Shown here in pieces: positions 34,018 through 44,512 of a DNA stretch of 64,000 nucleotides. The notes under the pieces were generated by a model. It saw nothing but the letters and a program-made list of their open reading frames with translations. It was not told the origin of the DNA and made no database searches. Both the position numbers and the translations under genes were made by a program. Location: the IMG/VR virus record IMGVR_UViG_3300042868_007959, positions 62,001 through 126,000 of that record; one strand, written 5' to 3'. Position 1 is the stretch's first letter; each line of letters opens with the position of its first letter.

Positions 34018-34478
34018 AACTTTTCTTTTACAAGTTCAATTAGTTTTGTTAGACAAGCAAGTTCTGCGTCTTCGTATGTTCTATATATGTCAGAATATTG
34101 ACCTATATTATTTTCCCAACCCCACTCTTGTTCAGTTAGATCTTTTGGGTTTCCATAAAATGTGTTATAGGTAAAAACAAATTTAGGTTCTGTGGTACAA
34201 TCGGTTAACACTTCGGGAAATATCAGGTACTTCTCTCTAAACCATCTAAATGCTTGTGAGTATGTTGGTGCTGCAACTCTAAGTGAATTAAAATCGTTGA
34301 CATAAAACTTGCTACTTTGTGTACCATTAATTCTAAATCCTGAAGAATACAATCTTACCGTATCTGTTATGCTAAAATTTTGTTCATCAAATCCTGACCA
34401 TATAGCAAAACATGATCCATCATATCTAAGTTGCTTCATTCTTAAAGCTAACTCATAAGGTACAAATTCTTTTTCCAT
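34014..34478 (-). CDS. Hypothetical protein, tandem paralog 1
   Basis: MEKEFVPYELAL...APTYSQAFRWFREK...AELACLTKLIE. Confidence 0.8.
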   Translation of the reverse strand: MEKEFVPYELALRMKQLRYDGSCFAIWSGFDEQNFSITDTVRLYSSGFRINGTQSSKFYVNDFNSLRVAAPTYSQAFRWFREKYLIFPEVLTDCTTEPKFVFTYNTFYGNPKDLTEQEWGWENNIGQYSDIYRTYEDAELACLTKLIELVKEKL

Positions 34479-34481
34479 AAC

Positions 34482-34910
34482 TTATTTATTTTCTACAATT
34501 TCAATTAGTTTTTCAAGACAAGCAAGTTCTGCTTCAGGATAAGTATCAAATGTTGGATGACCATTGTTTATAGTAGCAACTATATAACCACTAATTTCAG
34601 TTTCATTACTAATAGTAGATTTGATTACACACAACCACTTATCATTATAAATGTTGATTGAAGGATATAAATTATGCTTCTCTCTAAACCATCTAAATAC
34701 TTGTGAGAATGTTGGTGCTGAAATATAGTGTTCAGGTATCTCTGAATTTTTACAAGTTCTATATCCTGTTAACAAATATTGTTCATTATCATCAACCATA
34801 ATAGGTCTGATTTCGGCAGATTCTTTTTGATAAAAACCAAAACAAGGTTCATCAAATCTAATTGCTTTTAATCTTAATGCTCTATCATAAGGTACAAATT
34901 CTTTTTCCAT
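34482..34910 (-). CDS. Hypothetical protein, tandem paralog 2
   Basis: MEKEFVPYDRAL...APTFSQVFRWFREK...AELACLEKLIE. Confidence 0.8.
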   Translation of the reverse strand: MEKEFVPYDRALRLKAIRFDEPCFGFYQKESAEIRPIMVDDNEQYLLTGYRTCKNSEIPEHYISAPTFSQVFRWFREKHNLYPSINIYNDKWLCVIKSTISNETEISGYIVATINNGHPTFDTYPEAELACLEKLIEIVENK

Positions 34911-35150
34911 ACTTTTATATATTTAACGGTATTTTTCAGAAAATTCTTCATCTACTAATTCAGTAGGATATTCATCCACAATATGACGTTTCCACCAAGA
35001 TATGATATATAATTTAATTTTTTTTATCATAATTACTAATGTTGATTACTGTATAGATTTGCCAATATTAGTCTAACCATTCTGAATTCTCTAACTTTTT
35101 TCAAATTCAGATCGTACTTATCGGCAATATATTTTAAATGAGGATACGCC

Positions 35151-35333
35151 TCACTTATTGTCATTTCCCCTATTCGCATATTCTTCATAATCTTCTTTAT
35201 TTACACAAACATAAACATCCTGATACCAACCAAAAACACATTCATCATACATTTTATATGGTTTGAATTCATCCCAATTAAAGTTATCGATAGTGTCATA
35301 ATATGACTCATTAGGGAAACGTACTCTAGTCAT
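35151..35333 (-). CDS. Hypothetical protein
   Basis: ORF track. Confidence 0.6.
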   Translation of the reverse strand: MTRVRFPNESYYDTIDNFNWDEFKPYKMYDECVFGWYQDVYVCVNKEDYEEYANRGNDNK

Positions 35334-35571
35334 TTAATTAGGGTATTTTTTAACATACTCCACCATTAAATTAGATAGGTATTTCATATTTCTCGATAAT
35401 TCTATTTTTCTAACTTGTTCTTCTGCAGTTAGTCTTTTATGGTTACTTCTACCATTTCTGTTTAACCATTCTTCAAACATTCTTTCGTAATATCCTTCTG
35501 GTGGCATAGTCTTTTATTTTAAAACAAATATATAAATTATTTTTGAATAAACAAAGTAATTTAAAAAATAA

Positions 35572-36141
35572 TTAATCCCACCATCTTTCGATGTGATTAC
35601 TAATTATATTAAATAACAATTTATGACATCTTTCTTGATTCTCATGTGCAATTTCCATCGCAATTAATTTTTTATCCTTTTCCTCAATAGGACGGTTATA
35701 TCTATTTATTACTCCACTTAAAACTTTTTTATACTGTATCGGATACTTTTTGAAGTATTCGTCAAAATTTTCAGATATTAACTCATCTTCCATTGTATAA
35801 TATTCCTCAGTCTCGTCAGTAGGTACAAACTCAAATTTAGATTTATGATAATCCATATATTCCATACCATAAGTGTCATCCTGCTGAAGTTTTATTAGTC
35901 TAGATACTAACAACATACGTTCCGCATCACGTTTGGCTTCAGTATGGAAATTCCTATCACCTATATATTTCGCCTGATTCTCAATTTTAACTCTAAGAAT
36001 CTCATATATGAAAAAAGAATCCCAATCCCTATCTTTCCAAATAGTAGGGAACCATTTCCATAGGTTTTTTACACCTTTAATAAAGTCTTTATGGTAGTAT
36101 CTTGCTTCAAACCTCCACCAATATCTTATTTTATCTATCAT
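35572..36141 (-). CDS. Conserved phage hypothetical protein
   Basis: WFPTIWKDRDWD...IERWWD. Confidence 0.78.
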   Translation of the reverse strand: MIDKIRYWWRFEARYYHKDFIKGVKNLWKWFPTIWKDRDWDSFFIYEILRVKIENQAKYIGDRNFHTEAKRDAERMLLVSRLIKLQQDDTYGMEYMDYHKSKFEFVPTDETEEYYTMEDELISENFDEYFKKYPIQYKKVLSGVINRYNRPIEEKDKKLIAMEIAHENQERCHKLLFNIISNHIERWWD

Positions 36142-36314
36142 ATTAAAATTTATTAGGTTTTAAAAAACTAATTATAAATCCGTAAAAGTAAATGTATTTT
36201 ACATAACCTTGCATTTGACTAAATGTGAATTTATTTGAAATGGATAATCCATACCCAAATATTCTGAACCAAAAAAGTCCACTTCCTTTATACCAACTAA
36301 AAATTTTTTTCATA

Positions 36315-36809
36315 TTATACCATTAAAAATTGTTTCCATTCTTCTTTAATTATACCATTCATTCTTTCTATGAATTGGATGTATGTCGGAGTAAATGGTT
36401 TTCTTAAAAATACCATATCCGCTTCTTCAGGTGTTCTATCATCTTTTTTTAGATTGCATATTCCACAACAAGTAACTAAATTTTTCCAACTATTATCCCC
36501 ACCTCTAGACTTAGGAAGAACATGATCGATAGTTAAATTTTTATTTGTTCCACAGTATACACATTTATGTCCATCTCTCCTAAAAATATTAAATCTACTT
36601 AAAGGAACTTTTTTATATGGCATATAAATAAATCTATTTAATCTTATAACTGAAGGTCTATTAAAATTCTTAAAACTCGATATGATAGGGTTAGACTCGT
36701 CAGAATATACTATCTCCGCCTTTCCCTTGTAAACTAATTTAAACCCTCTATTAAGTGTGGTTACATTTAATGGGGTATAGTCATTATTTAAAACTAATAC
36801 CTTTTCCAT
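36315..36809 (-). CDS. HNH endonuclease (McrA-like/HNH_5 type)
   Basis: VLVLN..Y.PL, PSVIRL, RRDGHKCVYCG, TIDHVLPKSRGG, CCGICN.KK. Confidence 0.92.
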   Translation of the reverse strand: MEKVLVLNNDYTPLNVTTLNRGFKLVYKGKAEIVYSDESNPIISSFKNFNRPSVIRLNRFIYMPYKKVPLSRFNIFRRDGHKCVYCGTNKNLTIDHVLPKSRGGDNSWKNLVTCCGICNLKKDDRTPEEADMVFLRKPFTPTYIQFIERMNGIIKEEWKQFLMV

Positions 36810-36824
36810 AAAACTCTATTTTTT

Positions 36825-37445
36825 TTATAAATGGGATTGTAAAATATCCCTACAATACATTTCTAAATTTGGGTACTCATTTAACACTTCTTTATTTAAA
36901 ACCATACCCCCACTAAACTCTAATTCAGATTTGACAACATGTGTTTGGTTAAATTCATCATTCAATAGTTGGTTATATATTCTAACCCTCTTCGTGTTGA
37001 ATAAATCTGTTTCTTCCCCCAATTTATAATCTGGTGCCCCAAAATACCCAAAAGACGCATAAGGGTGATCCTTTAAAATATTTTTTATTTCACCTACTAA
37101 TAATGAGAATATTTTAAAGGGGATATTCTCTTTAGTTTGGTAACTATATTTATCATAAAACTTTTGTCCTTTATCTGCCAATCTTTGTTGTCTTACATAA
37201 AAATCAGTATTAAGTTTGGGGAAAAAAGAAATAAGGAAATAATCATATTCATACTCCTCTATATGTACAATGTATTTGTATTTAGGAGTATGAAAAGTAT
37301 ACACTCTTAATTTTTTATACTTATTATCAGTCTTAGGATTTTGTGTTTGAACATATCTCCAACCAAACTTATCCCTAAGTTCATCCGATTGTTCTTGTGA
37401 AAATTTAATTTCGTTTAATATCCTTTTAATTTTTTTCTGTAACAT
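36825..37445 (-). CDS. Hypothetical protein
   Basis: ORF track; KKIKRILNE N-terminus. Confidence 0.75.
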   Translation of the reverse strand: MLQKKIKRILNEIKFSQEQSDELRDKFGWRYVQTQNPKTDNKYKKLRVYTFHTPKYKYIVHIEEYEYDYFLISFFPKLNTDFYVRQQRLADKGQKFYDKYSYQTKENIPFKIFSLLVGEIKNILKDHPYASFGYFGAPDYKLGEETDLFNTKRVRIYNQLLNDEFNQTHVVKSELEFSGGMVLNKEVLNEYPNLEMYCRDILQSHL

Positions 37446-37623
37446 GATCTCTCTTCACCTTTAATTTCTCATTATATTCTGGCGAATCGAAAACTACCAA
37501 ATCCCAATTACCGTAAAACTTTGGGTTAGTCATAGGACATTCATTAGATTCCATAAGTTCTTTGTTAAACTTATCTGACATTTCTTTCGTATAATTTACA
37601 ACAAATGGAAGTTTTGAGTTCAT
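37426..37623 (-). CDS. Hypothetical protein
   Basis: ORF track. Confidence 0.6.
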   Translation of the reverse strand: MNSKLPFVVNYTKEMSDKFNKELMESNECPMTNPKFYGNWDLVVFDSPEYNEKLKVKRDHVTEKN

Positions 37624-37794
37624 AATCTTTTTATCTATAAAGTAAAATTAATAAAAAAATCCGAATCTGCCAAATTTTTTTATATAAATATTTGTTAAAA
37701 ATAAAAAAGTCCCGAATTAACGGGACTTTAAAGGGCCGATAGGATCACTATCAACTTCCACCACTTCGTTTTTAAGGAACAAAGAAACCTAATG

Positions 37795-38192
37795 TGGAGA
37801 TGGAGGGAGTCGAACCCTCGTCCAATCAAATTGCCATTAAAAATTCATTCACAAGCTTAGTTCATTTTTCTTAATGAACAAAATATTTGGTTTTATTTAT
37901 AACATGGTTACCAACAACCCTGTTTCGATAATTGTTTAGAGAGTTTTACCGTCAACTCTATTTTTTACACCTTTCTGTTTCTAGGTAAGTGTGACCCACC
38001 GATTAAACTAATTCCATTAATTCAATCTCTTCAACCACCGCTGAGCGAGTGATAGAAGTTGGGATACTCATCATATCCTCTGTGTTGTATGCGTTTGCAT
38101 TTATATTTTGATAGGTGTTTAAGGGTTTCCATCTAACCCTGCTTGCATCATTTCAAACTCAACCTTTGACTGTCAAATCCAAAACCATCCCC
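37795..38192 (-). ncRNA. ssrA: tmRNA
   Basis: 5' GGGGATGGTTTTGGATTTGAC; 3' GAGGGTTCGACTCCCTCCATCTCCA; G3:U70; resume context ATAAAT-GCA; tag ORF 38003-38098; no encoded CCA. Confidence 0.93.
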
Positions 38193-38194
38193 AG

Positions 38195-38208
38195 TTTTCA
38201 AAGAACTT
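38195..38208 (-). promoter_or_regulatory. boxA-like element
   Basis: AAGTTCTTTGAAAA, 2 nt upstream of tmRNA. Confidence 0.6.
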
Positions 38209-38386
38209 TTCTTTATTTTATCTTTAGTGTATAATATTCTATCCATCCATTCTCTATCATCATAACGATCTTTTTCTCTATATTTTTCGTCTTCGTATAT
38301 TTTTTTAGATGCTCCCATATTTAACACTTATTATATATATACAAATATATATACTTTTTTCCATAAAAACAAATATTTATAATAAA

Positions 38387-38719
38387 ATGTCATTAAAATT
38401 TTTAAATATAATAAACGAAGAAAAAGAAAGTTGCAAATATCAGATTCGTGATATAGGTGGTGACGTATATTATAAAAAATGTAAGGGTAATTCTAAATGG
38501 ATCTTTACTGATGAGGTGGACTTCTTAAAGAACTCTAAAAAATCTAATATAGAAAAATGGGAGAAACCTAAAGAAAAAAAATCCAAAATTAGACAATTAG
38601 ATGTCCCACAAAAAAAAGGGAATAAATTAGAAGATTTAAAAATCTATTATACTAATCTATCCCCAGATAATTATGAAATCAAAATAGAAGGTGGTAAAAT
38701 TATAATTCTTCCATCTTAA
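38387..38719 (+). CDS. Hypothetical protein
   Basis: ORF track 38309-38719; likely start MSLKFLNIINE at 38387 after ATATTTAT. Confidence 0.72.
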   Translation: MSLKFLNIINEEKESCKYQIRDIGGDVYYKKCKGNSKWIFTDEVDFLKNSKKSNIEKWEKPKEKKSKIRQLDVPQKKGNKLEDLKIYYTNLSPDNYEIKIEGGKIIILPS

Positions 38720-38978
38720 TTTCTAAATCTTTAAAAGAATCATAATCGAATAAATCACTTTTCAAAAGATCAAAAACATCTTTAATCATTTTACCTTGCG
38801 TTTTATGATCTAAACCCTCACAAGCAATTTTAGTAGTCATAACTAATCCACTAACCATAATTGATAATAACTCAAATTTTGTTGGTCCTGAATCACCTTC
38901 ATACATTTCAAAATTTAAATATAATCTACCGTCTTCTTTTACTTCAGAAACAATAGTAACTTTTTTTTTACCTTTCAT
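38700..38978 (-). CDS. Hypothetical protein
   Basis: ORF track. Confidence 0.68.
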   Translation of the reverse strand: MKGKKKVTIVSEVKEDGRLYLNFEMYEGDSGPTKFELLSIMVSGLVMTTKIACEGLDHKTQGKMIKDVFDLLKSDLFDYDSFKDLEIKMEEL

Positions 38979-38979
38979 C

Positions 38980-39468
38980 TTAAACGATTTCTTCGATTAT
39001 ACCAATTAATTCACTAACAACTAATAAAGTTGTTGCAACAATTAAGTTATATGGTATAAAACAATACCCAACTATCCTAACACCAGATTTAATAAAAGAT
39101 ATTATCTGATGCCACTTTTGATTTGGTATCTTATCAATGTCTTTATCACTTTTATAATATTCCACTTTTTGTATCATTTTATCCCTATAAGAATTTAATG
39201 GGTTCTTTTTACCCGTCAATTCCTCATAAAAAGGATTTAACTCACCAGTTTGTGGATCGTGTGTGGGAATCTCAAAATTAGTTTTCCAATTAGAAGATTC
39301 ATTATCATTTAAATTAGATGCGATTTCAATATTACTTAAAACTACCCCAACATTTTCATAGTTAGGTACTGGTGTATTAAGTATCTCTTCTGATAAGACA
39401 TCAAATAATCTTTTAACATCCTCACCAATAAATTCTAATCTTCTTTTATAATCATTTTCTCTTTTCAT
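38980..39468 (-). CDS. Hypothetical protein with C-terminal TM hairpin
   Basis: ORF track. Confidence 0.68.
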   Translation of the reverse strand: MKRENDYKRRLEFIGEDVKRLFDVLSEEILNTPVPNYENVGVVLSNIEIASNLNDNESSNWKTNFEIPTHDPQTGELNPFYEELTGKKNPLNSYRDKMIQKVEYYKSDKDIDKIPNQKWHQIISFIKSGVRIVGYCFIPYNLIVATTLLVVSELIGIIEEIV

Positions 39469-39847
39469 AAGGTTCTTTCATTTGAATTTTAATCATCAAA
39501 CTTGTTACTTCTTCAGGTGATAACCAACCCTCAACCTCTATACTATCATCAGAAAGAGGAAACCCTACCTCAAATGTTTTAACACCATCACCATATAAAC
39601 CTTGACCACCACCAATTACAGAAGCATAGTGTCCATTGTCGAAATTTAATACCGACTGAACTGCACCTTCCATCCATTCATTTCCGTGTTTCCCAAATTT
39701 TAAATCGGAAAACGTTTTAAGATCGTTAGGATATAATTCTTTAATGAAATTAAAATCATAACCCATTTCATTATGTAAAATACTAAATTTTTCGTAGTTA
39801 GGTTTACCACTCAAATAATCTAATAATTTTTGTGTCAGTTTTTCCAT
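39452..39847 (-). CDS. Hypothetical protein
   Basis: F.NG..ASVIGG...YGDG..TFEV motif. Confidence 0.72.
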   Translation of the reverse strand: MEKLTQKLLDYLSGKPNYEKFSILHNEMGYDFNFIKELYPNDLKTFSDLKFGKHGNEWMEGAVQSVLNFDNGHYASVIGGGQGLYGDGVKTFEVGFPLSDDSIEVEGWLSPEEVTSLMIKIQMKEPYEKRK

Positions 39848-39897
39848 AGTTTAAAATTATTGGTAAATATAAGTAAAATAGTTTAATAAAAAAAATT

Positions 39898-40323
39898 TTA
39901 TTGTAAATTATTAATCTTATCATAAATTTTATGGAGTGTATTATCTATCTGAGATTTAATCTGATTTTCATACATTATCCTTTCCTCATCCACTTTTTTA
40001 TCAAAATGGTTAACTAATTTAACTATATCTTTTTTGGGTAATGTAATTACATAATGATATACGTGATTAGTTATTTCAACTTTACTATCTTCCATTATCA
40101 CAAAAATATCAATAGTTTTATTCACTAGATATCTCTTATTAGATAATGGGGCAATTGTATATTTAGTATCTTTGTGATTTATAGTCTTTCTAACTATTGC
40201 AGTACATATAGCTTCATAACCTGTATATTCAAACTTATCTTTAAAAATAGATGCTTCAAATAATTTATAGTTAACAACTATTTTTTTAAGTTTTTTTCTT
40301 AAATAATTTTTAAACCAACCCAT
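39898..40323 (-). CDS. Hypothetical protein
   Basis: ORF track. Confidence 0.72.
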   Translation of the reverse strand: MGWFKNYLRKKLKKIVVNYKLFEASIFKDKFEYTGYEAICTAIVRKTINHKDTKYTIAPLSNKRYLVNKTIDIFVIMEDSKVEITNHVYHYVITLPKKDIVKLVNHFDKKVDEERIMYENQIKSQIDNTLHKIYDKINNLQ

Positions 40324-40324
40324 A

Positions 40325-41230
40325 TTATTTATTTTCTTTATAAAGTTTCAATAGTCTTTCTTTAGCGTAATCACAATAATCCTCAACTAAATCAATCCCT
40401 ATATACTGTCTTCCCATTTTAGATGACGCATACGGTGTAGTTCCTGTACCTGAAAAATTATCTAAAACAATATCATTCGGTTTAGAATATAAGTCAATAA
40501 AATAATTTGCGAACTCTGTTGAGAAAGTTGCTTCGTGTCCTTCTACTTTACCATCATTATTTTTAGCCTCTATAAAATTATAATAGGTATTAAAATATTT
40601 TTGTCCTGTTTTAGAAAGTGACGATACTATTTTATTGGTGGCAAAATTAGGTGTTTTCGCAAATATATAAACCATCTCAACAATTCTAGTTAACCTATTT
40701 GGTTGACCACTTAATGGTACACAAGATTTCTTTTTCCAAGCTGCGGTATCATATATCTCTAATGAAGTGTTTTCAAATACTTCGTTAATTAATAGATAGG
40801 GTAACGATGGATTAAATGTAGTGTAACTATAATTAAATACGATTACACCATCATCAGTTAATATCCTTTCATATTGTTTAAAAACATCTATTAACCAACT
40901 AATGTATTCTTTAACAGGTTGGTTATCCTTTATAAGGTCTTTCGCACCTGGATATTTATGATTATCTTTTCTTATAGATGCTAAATAGGGTGGAGATGTT
41001 AAAATTAAATTAATACTCTTATCTTTAATTTTTTTCATTGTCTCAACAGTATCTCCACAGTATATCTGATTGGTTATTAATCCAACATCTACAGAATTAA
41101 CAACATTAGTTACTTCTTCAGTAGTGTCAACAATAACGTCATTTTGTTTATCGATAATAATTTTTTCCATAGTAATTTCATCAAACAAACTTAATTGTTC
41201 ATTTTTTCTTTTTTTAGGTATTCTTCCCAT
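40325..41230 (-). CDS. N4-C/N6-A DNA methyltransferase (beta class)
   Basis: LTSPPY ... VLDNFSGTGTT. Confidence 0.92.
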   Translation of the reverse strand: MGRIPKKRKNEQLSLFDEITMEKIIIDKQNDVIVDTTEEVTNVVNSVDVGLITNQIYCGDTVETMKKIKDKSINLILTSPPYLASIRKDNHKYPGAKDLIKDNQPVKEYISWLIDVFKQYERILTDDGVIVFNYSYTTFNPSLPYLLINEVFENTSLEIYDTAAWKKKSCVPLSGQPNRLTRIVEMVYIFAKTPNFATNKIVSSLSKTGQKYFNTYYNFIEAKNNDGKVEGHEATFSTEFANYFIDLYSKPNDIVLDNFSGTGTTPYASSKMGRQYIGIDLVEDYCDYAKERLLKLYKENK

Positions 41231-41235
41231 AATAA

Positions 41236-42144
41236 TTAAAATATATGTTTAAATAAATCTAACTGAGTCCCATATGGTGGTAATATATATTTGTTTTCAC
41301 CATAATTCATAATGAGGATTTCTTGACCCATATTTTGTTTAACCCCACTTTTAGCGGCTGCCGCCTTTGCAAACTCTTTTGTTTCCCAAACATAATCGTT
41401 TTTAGGGAACCATTCCCTAAGTAATGGGAAATCATAATAACTTAAAGAGAATTTACCCTTTATAGATTTTAACGAAATTGCTAACCTTTCGTGATCACTT
41501 CTATCAAAATCATGATTAGAATAATAATTTTCTGTTTTCCAATAAGGTGGATCCACATAAAAATAAGTTGTTTCTGAATCATACTTCTGTATTACATCAT
41601 TAAAATCTAAATTTTCAACAAATGAAATCCTATCAAAGTGTTCTCTATATTTTGGATCTTTTAATTTGTCCATAAAAATTAAAATCTTACATCTATATTT
41701 ACCTTTATAATCCATATAATTAGATGTTTCAGGTTTAGATCCAGAAAATATTTGTGTTAAGACATACACATATTTTGCAGCAATTTCATATTTATTTTCT
41801 TCAGTAATTGGAATACCAAAGGAACCGAATAATTCCTTTTGGTATTCCGCAAACATTTCTGAATAAATTTGAGGTGTTTCTGATATACCTAATTGTTGGC
41901 AAGGATAGTTTGAAAGTTCATCCCATAACCTATCATAGTCTTTACAACAATTTAATAGATTCGCATTTAACCCATTAAAATCATTATAGACAACTGTTTT
42001 AAGATTTGGGTACTTTTTCAAATCCATCTTAAAGAATACCCAAAACATACCACTAAATGGTTCAACATATGTTTCTATGTCTTCTGAAATAAATGGAACG
42101 ATCCATTTAGATATTCTCGCCTTACCTCCAATATAACTTATCAT
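41236..42144 (-). CDS. dam: Dam-family (D12) adenine methyltransferase
   Basis: YIGGK, YVEPFSG, VYNDFN, FYVDPPY. Confidence 0.9.
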   Translation of the reverse strand: MISYIGGKARISKWIVPFISEDIETYVEPFSGMFWVFFKMDLKKYPNLKTVVYNDFNGLNANLLNCCKDYDRLWDELSNYPCQQLGISETPQIYSEMFAEYQKELFGSFGIPITEENKYEIAAKYVYVLTQIFSGSKPETSNYMDYKGKYRCKILIFMDKLKDPKYREHFDRISFVENLDFNDVIQKYDSETTYFYVDPPYWKTENYYSNHDFDRSDHERLAISLKSIKGKFSLSYYDFPLLREWFPKNDYVWETKEFAKAAAAKSGVKQNMGQEILIMNYGENKYILPPYGTQLDLFKHIF

Positions 42145-42353
42145 TAGTCTCTTCTACTTTTTTCGATATGCATTTTTATTCTCTCAACTTTTTGAAGTAG
42201 GAATTCTCTATCTTCACTACTGAGTTCAATGGTTTCTGACCATTTCATTCCTAACACACTCATCAACTCCCAATTCTTTTCTTGTATCGATAAAGTGGGA
42301 TCTGTAGCGAGTTTATTTATCGTATTTTCATTATTTGACTGCATCTTCTTCAA
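42144..42353 (-). CDS. Hypothetical protein
   Basis: ORF track. Confidence 0.6.
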   Translation of the reverse strand: MKKMQSNNENTINKLATDPTLSIQEKNWELMSVLGMKWSETIELSSEDREFLLQKVERIKMHIEKSRRD

Positions 42354-42756
42354 TTTGTTTTTGTTCTAAAAGTACTGAGATACTTTCTTTTATTGACTGG
42401 TACGTATCTATACCGTATTTTCTTAATACCCCACTAAATGTACTTACATCAGGATTGATAATTGTAATTTTATCTTTATCCATATCATATACAATCTTAG
42501 CTAAAAGATCATTTACGACATATTCTTTTTGGGTGTCCTCCAACTGATCAAATATTGGTTCGTTAACTTGAATTATGATATCATAATCAGTCATATATTT
42601 TACAATATCTTGTGATTTATTTACCAAACCAAAATCTTTCTTTATTTTGTTATTAGATAAGATTTTAATTTTAATAAATTTAGGAATGGAACTTTCATTA
42701 ATGTGTTTTTGAAACAATTCCAAAGTGTCTTCAAAAACTTCTTCAAATTTTGACAT
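42331..42756 (-). CDS. Phage metallopeptidase-like protein lacking HExxH
   Basis: G.V.K....KY.T.YD.II...DV..F..VL.KYG frame; VNDLLAK where HELxH is expected. Confidence 0.5.
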   Translation of the reverse strand: MSKFEEVFEDTLELFQKHINESSIPKFIKIKILSNNKIKKDFGLVNKSQDIVKYMTDYDIIIQVNEPIFDQLEDTQKEYVVNDLLAKIVYDMDKDKITIINPDVSTFSGVLRKYGIDTYQSIKESISVLLEQKQIEEDAVK

Positions 42757-42811
42757 ATTTTTTTATTTTTTAATTATTAATGGACAATATTAATCATTTA
42801 TTTTCATAATA

Positions 42812-43807
42812 TCAAATTTTTAATGATTTTATTTTTTCTTTTTCTTCTTTATCTATATTTGAAGGTATGTCAACCCATATTTCTAATAACATATCCCCTG
42901 TCATATTATCCCTTACAAACCCTTTATTAGGAACTCTTAACATTGTACCTACTTTAGTACCTGAAGATATTTTAAATCTTATTTTTTTATCCATAGTATC
43001 TACCTCAATAGAATCATTACCTAATACTAAATCCTTATAGGAAAGATTTACTTTCTGGTATATGTCTAATCCCACCCTTTTAAATTTTTCATGTAGAATT
43101 TGTACTACATTAATTAATAAGTCACCTTCTAAACCATTCCTAATTGCGTTACCCATATTATAAACTCTCAATGTTTCACCATCCATAATTCCTTTAGGTG
43201 TATCAAATTCAAATGTCTTATCTTCTTTAATTACACCATTACCTACACAGGTACCACATTTTTTTGTAATTATATTCCCTTCACCATTACACTTAGGACA
43301 GTGAACAGTACTCTGCATTTTACCAAATGGGGTATTCTGAACTTGATTAACCATACCAATCCCATTACAAGTGTCACAACTAATACTATCACCACCAGTC
43401 CCACCACAAGGTGTACATTTTACAAATTTTTTATATATAATTTTTTTATTCGACCCATTATATATTTCTTCTAAAGTGAGTTTAAGATTTATCCTTATGT
43501 CCCCGCCTTTGGATCTCCTATTCTTAATACTACCGTAAAAAGAGGATAATATGTCTTCCATATTATCACCAGCAAATGGATTAGTCCTACCATCTGCAGT
43601 ACCAAACCTATCATAATTTAATTTTTTTTCTTTATCGGACAATACCGAATACGCTTCCGCAATAGATTTAAATTTTTCTTCTGACTCTTTATTATCTGGA
43701 TTTAGATCTGGATGATGTTCTTTAGATAGTTTCCTATACGCCTTTTTTATTTCAGTTTCATCGGCATTTTTACCCACACCTAAAATATTATAATAATCTT
43801 TACTCAT
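42812..43807 (-). CDS. dnaJ: DnaJ chaperone
   Basis: [11 protein letters not shown], four CxxCxGxG repeats, C-terminal domain. Confidence 0.96.
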   Translation of the reverse strand: MSKDYYNILGVGKNADETEIKKAYRKLSKEHHPDLNPDNKESEEKFKSIAEAYSVLSDKEKKLNYDRFGTADGRTNPFAGDNMEDILSSFYGSIKNRRSKGGDIRINLKLTLEEIYNGSNKKIIYKKFVKCTPCGGTGGDSISCDTCNGIGMVNQVQNTPFGKMQSTVHCPKCNGEGNIITKKCGTCVGNGVIKEDKTFEFDTPKGIMDGETLRVYNMGNAIRNGLEGDLLINVVQILHEKFKRVGLDIYQKVNLSYKDLVLGNDSIEVDTMDKKIRFKISSGTKVGTMLRVPNKGFVRDNMTGDMLLEIWVDIPSNIDKEEKEKIKSLKI

Positions 43808-43861
43808 TCTTTATATTTATTTTTTATAAATTATAAGTATTTTTAATTAAAAAATAAAGGT

Positions 43862-44512
43862 ATGGTGTATAGAATTATTATTACCCAGAATGGTAAGAAA
43901 AGAAAAATACTTTATGAGGGGAGAAATGAGAATACTGCAAAGGAAAAATACTTTTCCTCAAAAGATGAAAATATAGTTTTATTACCTAAAAAAAACAATA
44001 CATATAAGAAAATTAAACCAGTGAGTTTTGAAATTCTTTTATTGAAAGAAAAGGAATGGAATGATGTGGATTACTTTGATAGGGATGACTTAGGTAGAAC
44101 TATACCTGTAACATTAAATAGTGATAAATGGAACTTAATACATAAATCAGAATATTTTTATGAGGAGAAATTTAGTGTGTTTGGTTATAAAGAAAGGATG
44201 GACACTAAAAAAATATTAAAACTTTTTTTACTTAATAGAACTAAAGAAGATAAAATTAAACAAGTTAATTACATTAACAATAAATTATTAATATATCAGA
44301 ATTATGATTTTGATATAATTATCTGTAAAAATTCTTATGATACTAAAAGACTATACAATGTCCTTATTGAATTTTGTGAAACGAATAATGTGGATAACAT
44401 TTTATTTACGGGATCAGTAAATAAAAAAAATAGGACTAAAACTTATAAAAGAATTGTAGAAAAAACTGGGTGGACAATTAATAAAACTTATAGATCATCC
44501 ACCCGTCCTTAA
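43862..44512 (+). CDS. Hypothetical protein
   Basis: ORF track; convergent with 44513-44986. Confidence 0.75.
   Translation: MVYRIIITQNGKKRKILYEGRNENTAKEKYFSSKDENIVLLPKKNNTYKKIKPVSFEILLLKEKEWNDVDYFDRDDLGRTIPVTLNSDKWNLIHKSEYFYEEKFSVFGYKERMDTKKILKLFLLNRTKEDKIKQVNYINNKLLIYQNYDFDIIICKNSYDTKRLYNVLIEFCETNNVDNILFTGSVNKKNRTKTYKRIVEKTGWTINKTYRSSTRP

Noticed and set aside
38148-38318. 56-aa minus-strand ORF MGASKKIY... running 45 nt into the tmRNA
   Set aside because: Overlap with boxA and the tmRNA 5' end makes the full ORF doubtful; unresolved without translation data.
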